DNA from: an uncultured Chthonomonadaceae bacterium
GTDB taxonomy: Bacteria; Armatimonadota; Chthonomonadetes; Chthonomonadales; Chthonomonadaceae
Assembly (NCBI GenBank): GCA_963835065.1
Contig: CAWIEK010000050.1
Span: 128,001-192,000 of the forward strand
Direction of reading: 5' to 3'
Length of the DNA stretch: 64,000 nt
Position 1 is the stretch's first letter; each line of letters begins with the position of its first letter. A model generated the notes under the pieces. That model was not told the DNA's origin and did no database searches. It was given only the letters and a program-made list of their open reading frames with translations. Positions 34,534 through 44,333 of this stretch are shown one piece after another. A program made the translations under genes and the position numbers.

Positions 34534-37500
34534 TTATGAGAAAGTTGCGTTGTACGGCAATGGATCGTTTGCGCTGTTGTTTTCAAGTACGTACTGAACC
34601 ACTTGTTGTAGGCTCATAGTCGCGCTCCATGCTCCAATCACCGCGAAACTCTCTTCAGAAATAGTCTCGCGCAGGGAAACACAGGCTTTATCAATTTCCT
34701 CCCGCTCTGCTGCGGAAAGTGTATTCCCTCTCTCTTCATTGAATCCGGCATAGGCGCTCCAAAGAAAAACGGCAGATTCCGGCTGATCTGCTGCAAGCCG
34801 CGCCAGTCCCCGCAGACAGGCAAGCATACTTCCTGTCTCTCCGAGGCTGTCGAAAAGGCGCAGGGCTTTGCGCATCCACTCTCTGCCTTCCTTGCAATCA
34901 CCCTGTCTACGGGCTACGTCCCCCAGCATAGAATAGGCCCATGCCTCATGCGCCGGGTCTCCTGCATTCTGACAAATCACAATCGAGGCATGGAGGTAGT
35001 TTCGGGCTGTCTGAAACTCGCCCTGCCGAATGGCTGTTCCGCTCAGTCGGCGCAGCATGTTACTCCGGGCAATGGTTTCATTTGCGGGAAGTAACGCGAT
35101 TGCCCGCTCGCCGTAAGCAAACGCGCGCGGATAATCCTGTTGTCCCTCCGCGACATGCGCCAGCGCTTCCAATGCGCACTTCATCGCGTACCAACTGTTC
35201 TTTTCACGGCCCGACTTCAAAAGCGCTTCCCCCATTTCCTGCGCATATACAAAATCGCTCTCGGCGCAAGCCACATAAATTAACTCCTGCTGCACTGCCG
35301 CCGCGTGAATCGAATTACCTTCTTGCTGAAAGTAACCGAGACTTGTTTCCAGGCGTTTCCGCGCTCGTGGAGTATTTTCAGTATCTATATCATGTATGCC
35401 CAGATGATGAAGCGTGTGCGCCATGTATACTTTGTCGCCACAGCCTTCCGCCAGATCATACGCTTTTTCCATAAGCCTAAGCCAGCCGGGTGAAGTTAAA
35501 TACGAAGCCCACAGCGCTACGAGGTAATATAATTTAGCCTGCAACGGCGATGGCGGAGGCAGTTTCTGCGCTTCCAGACGTTGAATCCATTCGCGCAATT
35601 CGGAACTATAGGTCGCAATCAGGCCACACGAACCCAGGGAAGTCAGCAGCAGTATTGCCTCGTCTGAACCTACCGCCTTCCAATGTCGAAGCGCGGCGAA
35701 ATAGTTTTCGCCATCCGCCTGCATCTTGCGCGTCGGACTGAGCGTTTGTTCCCTCGTATCGGCTTGCGCCTCCTCTGCCAGCGCCTGCTGCAAAAAGTAT
35801 TCGGCATGACGCCGTTCCGCATGGGCGCTATCGTCTGGCGCGGCGTGTTCCAGAGCGTACTGGCGCGTCATTTCCAGCAGTTGATAGCGGGGCTGTTCCG
35901 GTTCCGTATCCACGCTCTTCTGGCTCTCGTGAAAAAGAACTAACGACTTTTCCACCAGCCGTTTCAGCAGAACCAGCATCTGCGAGGAGGAGTTTGCTTG
36001 CTGCGCCTTTGTTGTTCTGCCGGAGGGTTTCCCCTCTTCCTGCATAATGAGATTATCACTGCAAACCGCTTCTGCCGCTGCCAGCGTCCAGCCGCCTGCA
36101 AATACGGCAAGCCGCCCCAACAGTCTTCGCTCCGCCTCGTCAAGGAGGGAATAACTGCTATTGAACGCTCCCTGTAAATTCCCGTGACGCTGCGGCATCT
36201 CAGATTTCCGGTTTCGAGGAAAAGAAAAACGCTCTTCCAGGCGTGTCAGCATCTGCGATGGCGTCAGCGTGTCTGCCCAGGCCGCCACCAGCTCTATTGC
36301 CAGGGGCATGCCTTCCAATTTGGCGCATAGGGCGACCACGGCGCGGGCATTCTCCTGCGTCAACTGAAAGCCGGCGCGGCGAGCCGCCGCGCGTTCTACA
36401 AACAACTGCACACCCGGAAATTGGAGCAAATCAGGCACAGATTTATCTTCCAATTTCACCTCAGCAGGGCAGGCGAGTGGCTGAACGTTGACTTCTATTT
36501 CTCCCACCAGGTCCAGCGAACGGCGGGACGTGACAAGACAAACCAGAAGGGGGAGGGAAGCGAGCAAATCCTGAACAAATCGCGCTCCTTCCTCTATCAA
36601 ATGCTCATAGTTGTCCAGTATCAAAAGCGAAGGGGTGGCGCGAAACCGCTGTACGATCTGCGCGAAGGGATCGGTCTGATCAGGAACAATTTGGAGGGTA
36701 TCGCGCACCCTTTCGGCCAATCGTTGAGCGTCAGGCATCTCTGCCAATGATACGAACCAAACCTGTTCTGCAAATTTTTCTTGAAGCTGCTGTCCAACAG
36801 CGATAGCGAGGCGAGTTTTGCCCGCTCCACCCGGCCCCTTCAGCGTAACCAGACGTGACTCGTCAAGACTGGCGCATACTGCGGCCACCTCGGTTTCTCG
36901 CCCAATCAATCGCGTCAACGGCGCGGGGAGCGACGTGGACGTGGCGGGCAAGAACATCCGGGGCATTGCCGCCGTGTTTTTGCGTTTCTCGCACAGTTCC
37001 TTGTAGCAGGCGGTGGTTTGCGGGTCCGGCAAGGTCTGGAGTTCGGCGTGAAGATACAGCCGCAAGTCACGATACACCTGCGTGGCGGCGGCATAATCAC
37101 TCCTGTCGGTCAGCGCTTGCATCAATAGCCGACAAGCGCTTTCACGCAGCGGCTCGACGGCGATCAGCTTGCGCAGGCAGGAGATCGCTTCCTCATTTTT
37201 GCCCTCCGCCAGAGACTGCCCGGCTAAAGTCTCCAGAGCGCCATAATAAGCCCCGGCACGCTCCAAACGTTCGGGTACAAGCCACTCCGCTTCACAGCCT
37301 TCCAATAAAGCGCCGCGATACGCTGCCGTAGCGGCCTTTAATGCTGCGGCGTTCCCCTTGCGAATGGCCGCATCGAAGGCTATTACGTCCGCCCATGCGC
37401 CTGTAAGGTTGAAACTCAGCGCGCGGGGAGTGGGCGCATGAAGCCGGTTCGCCTCCCCACCCAACGCCTTGCGCAGATCGGTCAGGCTCAGGCGCAAATT

Positions 37501-37713
37501 CGCAAGCGCCTGACTTTCCGTACTTTCCGGCCAGAGAACGCTCGCGAGCCAGGTTCGTTCCGTGTAGCGTCCCTGACGCAGTACAAGCAATGTCAGCAGT
37601 TCCTGCCCCTTCCGAGAGCGCAGGCGCGGCAGCGGGCAGCCGTTGATTTGCGCATCGAACGCCCCAAAAAGCCGGAGGTGAAGGGGACACGCTGTATTTC
37701 CAAAATCTGACAT
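34534..37713 (-). CDS. SARP/BTAD + P-loop NTPase + TPR transcriptional regulator
   Basis: LRLFGAF, LWPE, EPLRE (BTAD); GPGGAGKT, LILDNYEH, LEGMPLAIEL; TPR-like C-terminus. Confidence 0.92.
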   Translation of the reverse strand: MSDFGNTACPLHLRLFGAFDAQINGCPLPRLRSRKGQELLTLLVLRQGRYTERTWLASVLWPESTESQALANLRLSLTDLRKALGGEANRLHAPTPRALSFNLTGAWADVIAFDAAIRKGNAAALKAATAAYRGALLEGCEAEWLVPERLERAGAYYGALETLAGQSLAEGKNEEAISCLRKLIAVEPLRESACRLLMQALTDRSDYAAATQVYRDLRLYLHAELQTLPDPQTTACYKELCEKRKNTAAMPRMFLPATSTSLPAPLTRLIGRETEVAAVCASLDESRLVTLKGPGGAGKTRLAIAVGQQLQEKFAEQVWFVSLAEMPDAQRLAERVRDTLQIVPDQTDPFAQIVQRFRATPSLLILDNYEHLIEEGARFVQDLLASLPLLVCLVTSRRSLDLVGEIEVNVQPLACPAEVKLEDKSVPDLLQFPGVQLFVERAAARRAGFQLTQENARAVVALCAKLEGMPLAIELVAAWADTLTPSQMLTRLEERFSFPRNRKSEMPQRHGNLQGAFNSSYSLLDEAERRLLGRLAVFAGGWTLAAAEAVCSDNLIMQEEGKPSGRTTKAQQANSSSQMLVLLKRLVEKSLVLFHESQKSVDTEPEQPRYQLLEMTRQYALEHAAPDDSAHAERRHAEYFLQQALAEEAQADTREQTLSPTRKMQADGENYFAALRHWKAVGSDEAILLLTSLGSCGLIATYSSELREWIQRLEAQKLPPPSPLQAKLYYLVALWASYLTSPGWLRLMEKAYDLAEGCGDKVYMAHTLHHLGIHDIDTENTPRARKRLETSLGYFQQEGNSIHAAAVQQELIYVACAESDFVYAQEMGEALLKSGREKNSWYAMKCALEALAHVAEGQQDYPRAFAYGERAIALLPANETIARSNMLRRLSGTAIRQGEFQTARNYLHASIVICQNAGDPAHEAWAYSMLGDVARRQGDCKEGREWMRKALRLFDSLGETGSMLACLRGLARLAADQPESAVFLWSAYAGFNEERGNTLSAAEREEIDKACVSLRETISEESFAVIGAWSATMSLQQVVQYVLENNSANDPLPYNATFS

Positions 37714-37868
37714 ACTTGCTGTTTCTTCCTGATGACTTCTTTATGTCTGACGACTTATTTTAATCTACACATTCGTGCCTTGATAACGTTTTTCCTTCTC
37801 TCTTGATAACGCTTTCGATAATACGCCTGTACGATACTGTCGCTAAGTTCAAAGTTAAGGAGAATTTC

Positions 37869-38750
37869 ATGTTCACGCAACGATTTATCATACACGAGAG
37901 AGCATTACTACCGCGTATGTCAGCCCTTCCTACCACTCTGCTCGGTTTTGCTGCGCTCATCATGCTCACCGGTCCTGCTCACGCGCAGGATTCCTATATC
38001 CAGACCAATACTACGCTCGACAGCTCCAACCCCATTCTCTTCGGAGCCGTTGTCGGCAAGAACAATACTCGCACCATTAACACCAGTCCCATTGTCCGTC
38101 TGGTCAGCGGCGGCTCTATCAATTTTCACCTGGATACCTATAATAGCAGCACCTTCAACATGTCGGGCGGTTCCATTGGTAATGGCATAAGGGCATTGGA
38201 TAGCAGCGCTATCAACATCTCCGGCGGTTCAGTCAGTAAACAATTAAATGCCGTTGACAATAGTACGTTCAACATCTCTGGCGGCTCTTTTGACTACCCC
38301 CTGGCAGCCTACAACAACAGCGTCGTCAACATCTCCGGCGGCTCTACTTTCGTAGGCATCTTCGCCCAGGATAACAGCGCCATCACGGTGTCAGGAGGTT
38401 CCATTGATAAATTCGATACCGCCAATCTGCTTCTCTCAGATAACAGTGTCCTCACCCTTGTCGGCAGTAACCTCAGCCTCACAGACGCTGGCGCAGACAA
38501 TCGGTTCGGGGGAGAGGACTTTGCGCTGTCCGGCACATTAGCAGGAGGTACGGACCTCACCGGCTACGTGCTGAATGAATGGAAAGGATTTACCGGCAGC
38601 GTCCATTTACAAAACGCGCCTGCCACCACACCGGAACCATCCACGCTTACCTTTCTGCTCACTGGCTGGCTAGTCGCACGGCTTGCCTTCCGTGATCAGC
38701 GCACTAAGAAGGTTCCTGGTTTCCCAGACTGCTGTACCAGTGAACAATAG
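37869..38750 (+). CDS. PEP-CTERM-type surface protein with (N)ISGGS beta-helix repeats
   Basis: Signal peptide ending AHA; repeats FNMSGGSI, INISGGSV, FNISGGSF; TPEPSTLTFLLTG tail. Confidence 0.8.
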   Translation: MFTQRFIIHERALLPRMSALPTTLLGFAALIMLTGPAHAQDSYIQTNTTLDSSNPILFGAVVGKNNTRTINTSPIVRLVSGGSINFHLDTYNSSTFNMSGGSIGNGIRALDSSAINISGGSVSKQLNAVDNSTFNISGGSFDYPLAAYNNSVVNISGGSTFVGIFAQDNSAITVSGGSIDKFDTANLLLSDNSVLTLVGSNLSLTDAGADNRFGGEDFALSGTLAGGTDLTGYVLNEWKGFTGSVHLQNAPATTPEPSTLTFLLTGWLVARLAFRDQRTKKVPGFPDCCTSEQ

Positions 38751-38930
38751 ATGACGCACAGGTTTTCGTGGGTTACTACGACAGCCTGCCCTGACAGGCA
38801 TTTATCCGGCAAAGCCGGAGAAGGAGTGGAGAGCATGTCAGATCAGAATTATGGAACAAGCGCGAAGAAACTCCCTTTGTCGGAGGAGATTGAGGCGATG
38901 GTCGCATTTCCGCAGGGCGCTGTGGGGCTG

Positions 38931-39110
38931 GATTTTGTCGGCGTTTTTGGGGCTTCTTATGTAGGCGCGAATAGAAGCGGCTTCTTCTTCCGTGAGCGCG
39001 GCTTTGTTGCGACCGCTGTCCCGGAACCGGGCAGTATCGCGCTGCTCATTGGCATGGTAGTACCGGGAGCCGCCTTCGTCATGCAGCGCAGAAAGGTGAG
39101 GACGGCTTGA
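38931..39110 (+). pseudogene. Orphan PEP-CTERM C-terminus paralogous to 41282..41461
   Basis: DFVGVFGASY...FFFRERGF...VPEPGSIALLIGM...RR aligns without gaps to the end of 40421..41461. Confidence 0.8.
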
Positions 39111-39523
39111 ACAACTCTCGCATCAGGCGAAACACACCAGATGAACGGGAATTGCGATTCCAGGCGCGATGGGCTTCCGGGCGCTATCACCATCGCTCCT
39201 GGTTTGCAGCCAACCGGTGTCTTGATGTGCGGCTGACATCGGTTGCACTGCACACGCGCCTGATGTTTCCTTATTCTCTGTTCTCTTCCACGCACTGGGG
39301 TTTCAAGAACGCCATTCCTATCAAACAGGTGCAAACGGTGCAGGCGGCGCGTTTTCTGAACTGGTGGCCGACCGTGGAAATAACTTTTCTGGATGATGCA
39401 GGACGTAGCCGCTGCCTCGAAATCGGCTTTACCGGCCCTTTGCCGCAGCTGGGAACCAGCCAACAGGAAAAGCGTGACATCTTTTTGCGCGCCATGCAGA
39501 AAGCGCAGCAGGAGGGACAGTAG
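39107..39523 (+). CDS. Hypothetical protein
   Basis: 138-aa ORF with TTG start overlapping the upstream stop codon. Confidence 0.45.
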   Translation: MNNSRIRRNTPDERELRFQARWASGRYHHRSWFAANRCLDVRLTSVALHTRLMFPYSLFSSTHWGFKNAIPIKQVQTVQAARFLNWWPTVEITFLDDAGRSRCLEIGFTGPLPQLGTSQQEKRDIFLRAMQKAQQEGQ

Positions 39524-39572
39524 AGCGCATCTTCGCCGTCCTGACACTCGCTTGAAAGGAGCCATTACGGCT

Positions 39573-40381
39573 ATGCTTCACGGAAACCTATTTACTCGTC
39601 GGGCGGTTTCTGCCCTTTTCGACTTTACCGGCAGAAATCGCGTTGCGCCGACTCGGACTGCTCAAGCAGCAACGGCAGCGCCACGACCACATTCTGCAAA
39701 ACGGATGGACTTGGCGGCAATGATGTCGGCACTACTCGCCTGTGGCATGGGAGCAGCACAGGCCGATGTGGTCTTCTTCGATGGCACATTCGACGACGCG
39801 AATTGGACTGTCACGCAGTCGCATGATCTTATATCTGCCCATCAAATCGGCAGCGGCGGCAACCCGGGAAGTTTCAGGCAGACCCAAATCTCTTCCGCTG
39901 AGCAATTCGATTATGCGGTGAGCGTAAACAATGCCTTCCTCTACAATCCTTCCACGCAAGGAGCCATTACGGCTTTCACCTTCGAGAACGATCTTATCAG
40001 AATCACCAGGAATTTTGGGTCGGATTACTATCTCTTGATCCAGCAGGCCGGGGTCTCTTACTACGATCTGCGGCACCAGCGAACGCCGGAGGAGACAATT
40101 GGGGCCATAGTTCCCGAACCTTCGACACCTCCGACCTTGGAAACTTCACCAGACTGGATGGAGCCTCCGGCTCGCCCAACTTTACGGTGACGGGAGCGGC
40201 TATTCAGTTCGGCTATGTTGACATTGCTCCTGGCGCCGGGTTTTTTCAGACAGACACAGGGATTGATAACTATGCCCTCACCGTGGTCGCGTCCCCCGCT
40301 GCCGTCCCGGAACCCGGAGCGCTGGCCTTGCTTGCAGCGGGTGGGTTGTCTGCGTTCTGTCTATGGAAACGCCGCCATTAG
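39573..40381 (+). CDS. PEP-CTERM protein, frameshifted near 40075-40190
   Basis: FFDGTFDDANW and GGNPGSFR in the first ORF; IQFG...GIDN...VPEPGALALL...KRR in 40187..40381. Confidence 0.75.
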
Positions 40382-40420
40382 AAGGCGTCTATTTAAAAGG
40401 GTCTATTTGAAAGGAAAGTC

Positions 40421-41461
40421 ATGTTTACAAAACTAAATCTTACGATAACGGGCGTTCTGACGCTCCTGGCACTGACTGCCACTCGCCCCGCAACCGCACA
40501 AACAGCCTGGCAGTACAGTATCTTCAATGGGCCTGCCGCCGGCACGTTCTACCAGCTCAATGCCATCAACAACGCGGGAACCATTGCGGGCACATATAGC
40601 GGTCAGGCCGCGTCCGGCGTGTTCGTCATGCAGGGCAGCGCGTTCACAACATTTGGCAATGGCGATAGCCAACTGAATGGCATCAATAACGCCGGGACCA
40701 CAACGGGATATTTCTACGATGCCATTGCGGACGTTGAAACGCCCTTTGTTCGCGCGGCGGATGGAACCTTCTCTTTCCTGCCAAAATTAGTTTATGGAGA
40801 TGTTCCCCAGGCGCTCAATGATACCGGCAAAGTTGTCGGCTACTCTACCGATGACTTTTCCACTGTTCACGGCGCGATGTGGAGCGGTGGCAGCGAGACA
40901 ACTTCGGACTATCCCGGCGCAAGCGATACGGTCTACTATGGCATCAACGACGCGGGCAAGATCGTCGGCGATACCAACACCGTCACCGGTAATGGCCCGA
41001 CAGAAGCCTTTACGCTGGACAATGGCGTTTTCACGCCCTTTGTCATTCCCGGGGCTGCTGTTACCATTGCAGAAGGCATCAACAATGCCGATCAAATACT
41101 GGGCCGATACGGGGATGCGAACGGAAGCTTTCATGGCTTTATCCTGGACAACGGAACCGTGACCACGCTGGACTTTCCCGATCTCGATTCGATTTTCGGG
41201 CTGACGTTTACTGATAGCAATGGCAAACTGTTCAATCGGCAAAGGCCCTTCACCATCCCGCTCGGCTTCAATGACAGGGAGGATTTTGTGGGCATCATCG
41301 GGGCTTCGTATGAAGGCGCGGATGGAAACGGCTTCTTTTTCAGAGAGCGCGGCTTTACAGCTTCCGCAGTTCCTGAACCGGGCAGTATAACGTTGCTTAT
41401 CGGCATGGCAGTGTCGGGAGCAGCCTTCGTCATGCGACGTAGAAATGCCGGAGTTGCTTAG
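40421..41461 (+). CDS. PEP-CTERM protein with repeated (G/A)IN(N/D)AGxIxG beta-propeller-like units
   Basis: Signal peptide; repeats AINNAGTIAG, GINNAGTTTG, GINDAGKIVG, GINNADQILG; VPEP-TM-RRR tail. Confidence 0.88.
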   Translation: MFTKLNLTITGVLTLLALTATRPATAQTAWQYSIFNGPAAGTFYQLNAINNAGTIAGTYSGQAASGVFVMQGSAFTTFGNGDSQLNGINNAGTTTGYFYDAIADVETPFVRAADGTFSFLPKLVYGDVPQALNDTGKVVGYSTDDFSTVHGAMWSGGSETTSDYPGASDTVYYGINDAGKIVGDTNTVTGNGPTEAFTLDNGVFTPFVIPGAAVTIAEGINNADQILGRYGDANGSFHGFILDNGTVTTLDFPDLDSIFGLTFTDSNGKLFNRQRPFTIPLGFNDREDFVGIIGASYEGADGNGFFFRERGFTASAVPEPGSITLLIGMAVSGAAFVMRRRNAGVA

Positions 41462-41488
41462 GCTGTTCTTCCATAAAGGGGCTGGCAA

Positions 41489-42010
41489 ATGACGCAAGTA
41501 GCCATCATTGGAAACGCGGGCGGTGGCAAGAGTACGCTCAGTCGCCGCCTCAGCCAGGTCATTGGTTTGCCATTACATTCCATTGATTTGATCCAGTGGA
41601 AACCGGGCTGGATAGCGGCTCCTGCGGAGGAAGTAAGGCAGAAGCACGAGGCGATTCTATCTCAGGAAAAGTGGATCATAGATGGCTGGGGCGACTGGGA
41701 CAATATCGAGGCGCGCTTTGCGGCTGCCGATACCATCATCCTTGTTGACTTCCCGCTTTACATTCACTACTGGTGGGCCATGAAGCGTCAGTTCATGTGC
41801 TTGTTCCGTCCGCGCCCGGATGGGCCGGAAGGATGTCCCATGCTGCCCATGACCTGGCGGCTCTTGCAGTTGATGTGGATGATCCATTATAAAATGCGTC
41901 CTCGCCTGTTGGAAATGGCTGGAAGCCTGCCATCCAACAATCGAGTATTTCATCTCCGCTCGCCACGAGAATTACGCCGATTTGTCCGTGAACATTGTCC
42001 TTCTCCATAG
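41489..42010 (+). CDS. Adenylate kinase-like P-loop protein (FlaR/topology-modulation type)
   Basis: IIGNAGGGKST, WKPGW and WIIDG motifs. Confidence 0.8.
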   Translation: MTQVAIIGNAGGGKSTLSRRLSQVIGLPLHSIDLIQWKPGWIAAPAEEVRQKHEAILSQEKWIIDGWGDWDNIEARFAAADTIILVDFPLYIHYWWAMKRQFMCLFRPRPDGPEGCPMLPMTWRLLQLMWMIHYKMRPRLLEMAGSLPSNNRVFHLRSPRELRRFVREHCPSP

Positions 42011-42198
42011 ACCACAGAAAGATTAACCGGGTTGCCTGCACCTGTATTCGCATTGTCGCCCCTCTTCATCGAAACTCGCCTCATCGTTGATTTCTGCATT
42101 TCTCCATCGGATGCAGGAATTTGCTCTGTGTATAGCGAATAATGCCGCATCCGCCAGACGGCGCTTTTCAACTCTCACTTCTTACAAGAGGCTCAAAC

Positions 42199-43455
42199 AT
42201 GCACTTCAACATTCCCGGTTTGCGGCGCGCGGGCATTTTCGCAACGTTGACGCTTGCGCCCGCTGTTTTCGGTTCCACCCTGACCTGGGCGCAATCCGCG
42301 CCGATTGCGAAACAACGGGTAAACGCGCGGCTGCAAACTGCGCCTAAGAAGCGTACGGAGAAAAAATCTAAAATGGATAAGATGATCGTTTACATCGGCA
42401 CGTATACGCAGGGCGCGAGCAAAGGCATTTACATCTATGATATGGATGCCAATACAGGTATGCTCACGCCTGCCGGCAATTCGCCACTGGTTTCTAATCC
42501 GTCCTTTCTGACCATTGCGCCCGACCATAAACACCTGTATGCCTGCAACGAAGTGGATGATTTCGACGCGGCGCACGATGGCGCGGTCAGCGCGTTCGCC
42601 ATTGACGCCAAAACGGGCGGACTGAGCCTGCTCAATCAGCAGCCTTCGGCGGGAAGCGGGCCGTGCTTCGTGTCTATGGACGCCAAAGGCAAAAACGTTC
42701 TTGTCGCCAATTACGGCAGCGGCAGTGTGGGCGTTCTGCCTGTGGGCGCGGACGGCAAATTGATGCCGCCGAGCGCCAAAATCCAGCACGAGGGCAAGGG
42801 ACCCGACCCGGCGCGGCAGGAAGGTCCACACGCCCACTCCATCAACCTCGACCCTGCCAGCCATTTCGCGTTTGCGGCGGATTTGGGACTGGACAAAGTA
42901 TTTGTTTATCGCTTCGACGCCGCGCATGGGACGCTGACGCCCAACACGCCCGCGTTCGCGTCCGTCGCGCCCGGTTCCGGCCCGCGCCACTTCGCGTTTC
43001 ACCCCAACGGGCATTATGCCTACGTTATCAACGAAATGGCGTCTACCGTGACCGCCTTCCATTATGATGCCGCGAAGGGCGAACTGACCCAACTGCAAAC
43101 CATTTCCACCCTGCCCGAAGGCTATACGGGCGCTACCACCTGCGCCGAAATCCGCGTTCATCCGTCCGGCAAGTTTTTGTACGGCTCCAATCGCGGCCAT
43201 GACAGCATCGCCATTTTCGCCATTGACCCCGCTACGGGCAAGCTGACCGCTAAGGGGCATCAGTCCACGCAGGGCAAAACGCCGCGCAATTTCAACCTTG
43301 ACCCAAGCGGGCATTTCCTGATCGCCGCCAATCAGGAAACGGATAACGTCGTGGTCTTCCGCATTGACGCGCAAACCGGGCAACTGACGCCCACCGGCCA
43401 AACCATAGATGTGCCAAAGCCCGTGTGCATCAAGTTCCTGCCGCTCGGCAAATAA
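42199..43455 (+). CDS. pgl: Lactonase family protein (6-phosphogluconolactonase-like beta-propeller)
   Basis: YIGTYT, ANYGSG, RQEGPHAH, DLGLD, GSGPRH, SNRGHDS and PRNF motifs; signal-like leader. Confidence 0.88.
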   Translation: MHFNIPGLRRAGIFATLTLAPAVFGSTLTWAQSAPIAKQRVNARLQTAPKKRTEKKSKMDKMIVYIGTYTQGASKGIYIYDMDANTGMLTPAGNSPLVSNPSFLTIAPDHKHLYACNEVDDFDAAHDGAVSAFAIDAKTGGLSLLNQQPSAGSGPCFVSMDAKGKNVLVANYGSGSVGVLPVGADGKLMPPSAKIQHEGKGPDPARQEGPHAHSINLDPASHFAFAADLGLDKVFVYRFDAAHGTLTPNTPAFASVAPGSGPRHFAFHPNGHYAYVINEMASTVTAFHYDAAKGELTQLQTISTLPEGYTGATTCAEIRVHPSGKFLYGSNRGHDSIAIFAIDPATGKLTAKGHQSTQGKTPRNFNLDPSGHFLIAANQETDNVVVFRIDAQTGQLTPTGQTIDVPKPVCIKFLPLGK

Positions 43456-43481
43456 ATGTAAGCGTATTGCTCAGGCGACTC

Positions 43482-43527
43482 ACTGCCCTTCTTTAAACCG
43501 CGTCAAGCGGCTCAAAAGAAGGGCAGT
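43482..43527. terminator. Strong hairpin after the lactonase gene
   Basis: ACTGCCCTTCTTT / AAAGAAGGGCAGT 13-bp stem with inner CCGC/GCGG. Confidence 0.5.
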
Positions 43528-43663
43528 AACGTTGTTAATAGGGGTATTTTGTCCTGACACGATTTGAAAGCGGTTCCGCAGAGTGATTCCAGTTGACGTA
43601 AGCGGCAGGATGTGGTAAAAACAATAACATTACATAGTTGCCCCTGTTTAGAAGAGGTGATTG

Positions 43664-44302
43664 ATGGTGACTGCGAAGTTTGTAGACAAACGCCTTGCTT
43701 CTTTCTACACGAAGGAGGTACTCGCGCAAGGGCGTACATTATCTCACCTCATTGATAAACATTCCAATCTTGCGGAATGGCAGGCAGTAAGTTTCGTTCC
43801 TGAAAACTTACCGGATGCGGCAATGAATAACTTCAACTTCGGCAGCAATTTGCCGTCTGAAGTTATCAGGAAGGCAGTGTCGGAGTGGGTTGTGGAACTT
43901 TTGACGGATTGTTCCTATCCTGCATTGATTGTAGAAAATGCGCTGGCACAGCCTTCTGATCTATGGCTGTCCACTACGCGCGTGAATACCATCGTGTTTG
44001 AAAATGAAGTATATCATTATTGTGCAATACCCGAAACGGAAGCAGCCCACACAAAAGACGCCCTCAGTGAAATAGTTCTCAAAACAATAACAACAGCCGA
44101 AAACGCATATCCACCTGTTGTTGGCGTTGTATCGGCGCGAAGTGACAGGCTGCGTGTTCGTTCTGAAGGTCAGTTCAGCGTCCTGCAACGCGAAGAACTA
44201 GTTACGATAGCAACAAATGCCTGTCACATCATCGTTGGAGCTTACGATGGTGAAGGCTACCTTGTCTGGCATCGCCCAGCCAAACGTCAATTACTGTATT
44301 GA
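43664..44302 (+). CDS. Hypothetical protein (AT-richer, possibly immunity-like)
   Basis: GAGGTG RBS; C-terminal IIVGAYDGEGYLVW. Confidence 0.7.
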   Translation: MVTAKFVDKRLASFYTKEVLAQGRTLSHLIDKHSNLAEWQAVSFVPENLPDAAMNNFNFGSNLPSEVIRKAVSEWVVELLTDCSYPALIVENALAQPSDLWLSTTRVNTIVFENEVYHYCAIPETEAAHTKDALSEIVLKTITTAENAYPPVVGVVSARSDRLRVRSEGQFSVLQREELVTIATNACHIIVGAYDGEGYLVWHRPAKRQLLY

Positions 44303-44333
44303 ACCCGAAGTGAAATAAATCGAAGGTTGCCTT

